Shown here piece after piece: positions 60,201-64,000 of a stretch of DNA of 64,000 nucleotides. The notes under the pieces were generated by a model that saw only the letters and a program-made list of their open reading frames with translations, was not told the origin of the DNA and searched no databases. Source of the stretch: Isurus oxyrinchus (Eukaryota); contig JANJGN010000016.1 of the NCBI GenBank assembly GCA_026770705.1, forward strand, positions 88,164,001 to 88,228,000, in the 5' to 3' direction. Every line of letters begins with the position of its first letter. Position 1 is the first letter of the stretch. A program made the translations under genes and the position numbers.

Positions 60201-63200
60201 TTGATGCTGGGGGTGAAGGAGTGGGTAATGCCGGATGTGGGGGTTTGGGTGAAGTCAGTGTTGGCGGAATGGGTGATGCCGGTCGTGAAGTAGTGGTGAT
60301 GCCGGTGTAGGGGGTGTGTGTGATGCTGGGAGTGGTGGTGGTGGTTTTGGGTGTTGCCGGGGGTGGTGGGGTGGGTGATGCTGGGAGTGGATGATGCCAG
60401 TGTTGGCGGTGTGGGTTTTGATGGGGATGGGGTTGGTGGGAGTTGCCATGGGTTAGGGGGTGTGTAATGCCGGGGATGGGTGATGCCAGGGATGGGCAGG
60501 TGGATGATGGCGGGGGTGGGGTGGGGTGGATGATTCCGGGGGGCGGTAGGGGGTGGGTAATGCCGGGGCAGGGTGATAGCAGGGTTGGTGGTGTCGGCGT
60601 TGCTGGCGGTGAGGGGGTGGGTGATGCTGGGCGTGGGTGGGGGTGGGGGTGGTGATGACAGGGGTGAGGGGGTGGTGATATTTGGGGTGAAGGTGGTGGG
60701 TGTTGCCTGGGGTGAGGGGGTGACTGATGCTGGGGGTGGCTGATGCCGGGGGTGGTGGTAGTTGGTGTTGCCAGGGGTGGGGGTGTGGACGATGCTGGGT
60801 TTGAGTGATGCCGGGGATTGGGGGGGGTTGGTGATGCCGGGGGTGGGGCGATGAGTCATGCCTGTTCGTGGGGAGTTGGTGATGCCTGGGGTGGAGGGGT
60901 GGGTGATGCTGGGGGTGGGGGATGCCGGGGGTTGGGGGGCGTTGGTGAATTTGGGTATGGGGGGGTGGATAATGCCGGTCGTGAGGGGATGGATGATGCG
61001 GGGGTTTGGGGGAGTTAGTGATTCCGGGGCTGGGGCGATGGTTCATGCCATGGGTGGGGGTTGGGTGCTTCCGGCGGTGGGGGGGGGTGTGCGGTGATGC
61101 TGGAGTTGGGGGGGGTGGTGATGTCGATGGTGATGGGATGGGTGATGCCAAGTATGGGGGGTGGGTAATGTCGGGGGTGGGTGATGGCAGGGTTGGGGGG
61201 GATGTGTGATGCTAGGGGTGTGGATGGGGTGGATGACGCCGGGAGTGGGGGGTGGGTGATGCCTGGGGTTGGGATGTTGGGTGAAGCCAGGGGTGACGGG
61301 GTGTGTGATGCCGGGGGTGGTGGTAGTTGCTGTTGCCGGGGGTGGGGGTGTGGGTGATGCCGGGGGTGGGTGATGCCGGGGATTGAGGAGTTTGGTGATG
61401 CCGGGGGTGGGGCGATGGGTCATGACTGTGCGTGGGGGAGGGTTGGTGATGCCGGCGGTGGGGGGGTTGGGTGATGCCACGGATGGGGATTTGGTGATGC
61501 CTGGGGTGAGGAGGTGGGTGATGCCGGGGTGGTAGGGTGGGTGATTCCGGGAGTGAGAGGGTGGGTGATGCCGGGCTGGAGGTTTGACTGATGCCAGGGT
61601 TGAGGGTGTGGGTGATGCCGGGGGTGGGGTTGTGGGTGGTGCTAGGGCTGGGGATTGTGTGATGCCGGGGGTGGGGTGGGTATTGTGGGTGATGCCGGTG
61701 GTGGTGGGGTGAGTGATGCCGGGGTTGGGGGGGTGGGTGATGCCGGGGTTGGGGGTGGGGTGTTGTGGGTGATGCCGGGTGGTGGTGGGGTGAGTGATGC
61801 CAGGGTTGGGGGGGTGGGTGATGCCGGGTTTGGGTGTGGTGATTGTTGCCATGGGTTAGGGGGTGTGTAATGCTGGGGGTGGGTGATTCCAGGGTTGGGA
61901 GTTGGGTGATGCCTGGTGTAAGTGGTTGGTTGATGCCGGGAATTGGGGGGGCGGGGTGCATGGTAGCGGTTTTGATGGGGGTGTGGTGCCGGAGATGCGG
62001 CCGTGGGGCATTCCAGGTGTAGCATGATGGGTGATGCCGGAGGAAGGGGGCTGTGTGATGCCGGGTGTGGGGTTGGTTGATGCCGGAGATGAGCGGGTGG
62101 ATGTTGGCGGGTGTGGGGTGGGGTGGATGATTCCAGGGGAGTAATGCCGGGTCAGGGTGATGGCAGGGTTGGTGGTGTCGGTGTTGCTGGTGGTGAAGGG
62201 GTGGGTGATGCTCGTTGTGCGGGTGGTGAGTGATGCTGGGAGTGGGTGTTGGCAGGGTTGGAGGGGCGGTTGATGATGGGTTTGGGTGGGGGGGGGTGGA
62301 TGACACGGGGAGTGGGAGGGTGTGTGTTGCTGGGGAGGTGGGGGTGTTGGGTGAAGCCAGGGGTTGGGGGGTGTGTGATGCCGGGGGTGGCTGATGCCGG
62401 TGACTGGAGGGTTTGTTGATGCCGGGGGTTGGTGATGCCGGGGGTGGGGCGATGAGTAATGGTGAGGGTGGAGGGGTGGGTGATGCTGGCGGTGGGGGAC
62501 GTGGGTGATGCCGAGGGTGGGAGGGGAGGTAATGGCAGGGGTGAGGGTTGTAGGGTGGGTGATTCCGGGAGTGAGAGAGTGGGTGATGCCGCGCTGGAGG
62601 TTTGAGTGATGCCGGGGTTGAGGGTGTGGGTGATGCCGGGGGTGGGGTTGTGGGTGGTGCTAGGGGTGGGGATGTGGTGATGCCGGGGGTGGGGGTGGGT
62701 TTTGTGGGTGATGCCAGGGGTGAGGGGGTGGGTGATGCCGGGGTTGGTGGTGTGGGTGATGCCGGGGATGGGGGCAGATGGTGATGCCTGGGATGGTGGT
62801 GTGGGTGATGCCGGGGGTGGGGGGTTTGGTGATGCCGGGGTTGGGGGTGGTGTTTTTGGGTGATGCCGGAGGTGGTGGGGTGGCTGTGTGATGCCGGGGT
62901 TGGGGGCTGGTTGGGTGATGCCGGGGTTGGTGGTGTGGGTGATGCCGGGGGTGGGGGTGTTGTTGATGCCGAGGTTGAGGGTGGGGGGTTGTGGGTGATT
63001 CCGAGGGTGTTGGGGTGGGTGATGCCGGGCGTGGGGGGTTGGGTGATTCCAATGTTGGGGTTGTGGGTGTTGCTGGGGGTGAGTGGGTATGTGATGCCGG
63101 GGGTAGGGGGGTTGTGTGAGGCCGGGGGTGTGTGATGCCATGGTTGAGTGGTGGGTGATGCGGGGGGTGGGGGAGTGAGTGATGCCGCTGGTGTGTTTGG

Positions 63201-64000
63201 TGAAGACAGGGGTGAGGAGATGTGTGATATTTGGGGTGGAGGTGGTGGGTGTTGCCTGTGGTGGGGGGGTGGGTGATGCTGGGCGTGGCTGATGCCGGGG
63301 GTTGGGGGTGTTGCTGATGCCAGAGTTTGTAGGGAGAGTGATGCCGGGGGTGGGGGGAGTGGTGATGCTGGGTATGGGGGGAGTGGGTAATGCCGGGTGG
63401 TGAGGGGGTGGGTGATGCCGGGTGTTGGGGGGTTAGTGATTCAGGGGGTGGGGCGACGATTCATGGCATGGATGGGGGAGTGGGTGATTCCGTTGGTGGT
63501 GGGGGCAGGTGATGCCGGAGTTGGGGGGGGGGTGGTGGTATCATGGGTGAGATGGTGGATGATGCCGTGGGTGGGGGGGGTTGATGCCTGGGGTTGGAGT
63601 GGGGCGTTGATGCCGAGGATGATTGGGTGGGTGATGCCTGGTATGGGGGTTTGGGTAATGTCGGGGGTGGGTGATGGCAGGATTGGGGGGGCTGGGTGAT
63701 GCTGGGGGTGGGGGTGGGGTGGATGACGCCGGAAGTGAGGGGTGGGTGGTGACAGTGGTTGGGATGTTGGGTGAAGCCAGGGGTGAGGGCTTGTGTGATG
63801 CCGGGGGGTGGTGGTAGTTGGTGTTGCCAGGGGTGGGGGTGTGGACGATGCTGGGTTTGAGTGATGCCGGGGATTGGGGGGGTTGGTGATGCCGGGGGTG
63901 GGGCGATGAGTCATGCCTGTTCGTGGGGAGTTGGTGATGCCTGCGGTGGGAGGGTTGGATGATGCCAGCGGTTGGGGGGGGGGGGGGTCGTGGTGTCGGG
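45241..64000. repeat. G-rich, strand-skewed degenerate satellite (core GGGTGATGCCGGGGGT), >18.7 kb, runs off the window
   Basis: Continuous G-tracts punctuated by TGATGCC/TGATGCT, with multi-kb internal duplications (identical ORF translations at offsets 8262-8263 and 7759-7765). Confidence 0.96.

Noticed and set aside
45241-64000. Long Pro/His/Thr-rich 'mucin/extensin-like' ORFs (up to 688 aa)
   Set aside because: The C-rich strand of the satellite lacks stops by composition. The ORFs overlap in all frames and shift frame between duplicated copies.

Overview
Eukaryotic, repeat-saturated DNA from a cartilaginous fish (inferred from the Ig cluster organisation and the CR1/L2/DeuSINE repeat landscape; species not determined). 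The only intact host gene is one unrearranged, apparently functional immunoglobulin kappa-type (shark type III/NS4-like) light-chain cluster on the + strand: promoter (~37.9-38.0 kb), leader exon 38084-38132, V exon 38319-38613 with a 12-RSS, J 39939-39973 with a 23-RSS, and C exon 42752-43080. This ~6 kb gene lies between two very large tandem arrays. One is a ~17 kb, 55-bp satellite (1.6-18.6 kb) whose monomer is visibly a piece of the adjacent Ty3/Gypsy reverse-transcriptase sequence. The other is a >18.7 kb strongly G-skewed GGGTGATGCC(G)n array (45.2 kb to the window end) with kb-scale internal duplications. The rest is CR1 (one near-full-length copy), L2, other LINE, SINE, Penelope-like and possible Harbinger remnants, plus several minisatellites. 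Main observations: (i) a satellite born from a retrotransposon RT motif; (ii) an 88-bp, 86/88-identical inverted tract inside otherwise diverged CR1 copies that bracket the whole V-J-C unit; (iii) an untrimmed V-J join gives an in-frame TAG; (iv) a lambda-like FR1 in a kappa V; (v) a minisatellite next to the V RSS that resembles the V-end/heptamer; (vi) a promoter with EICE, UPRE-like and variant octamer motifs. Transposon boundaries are approximate and were read by eye.
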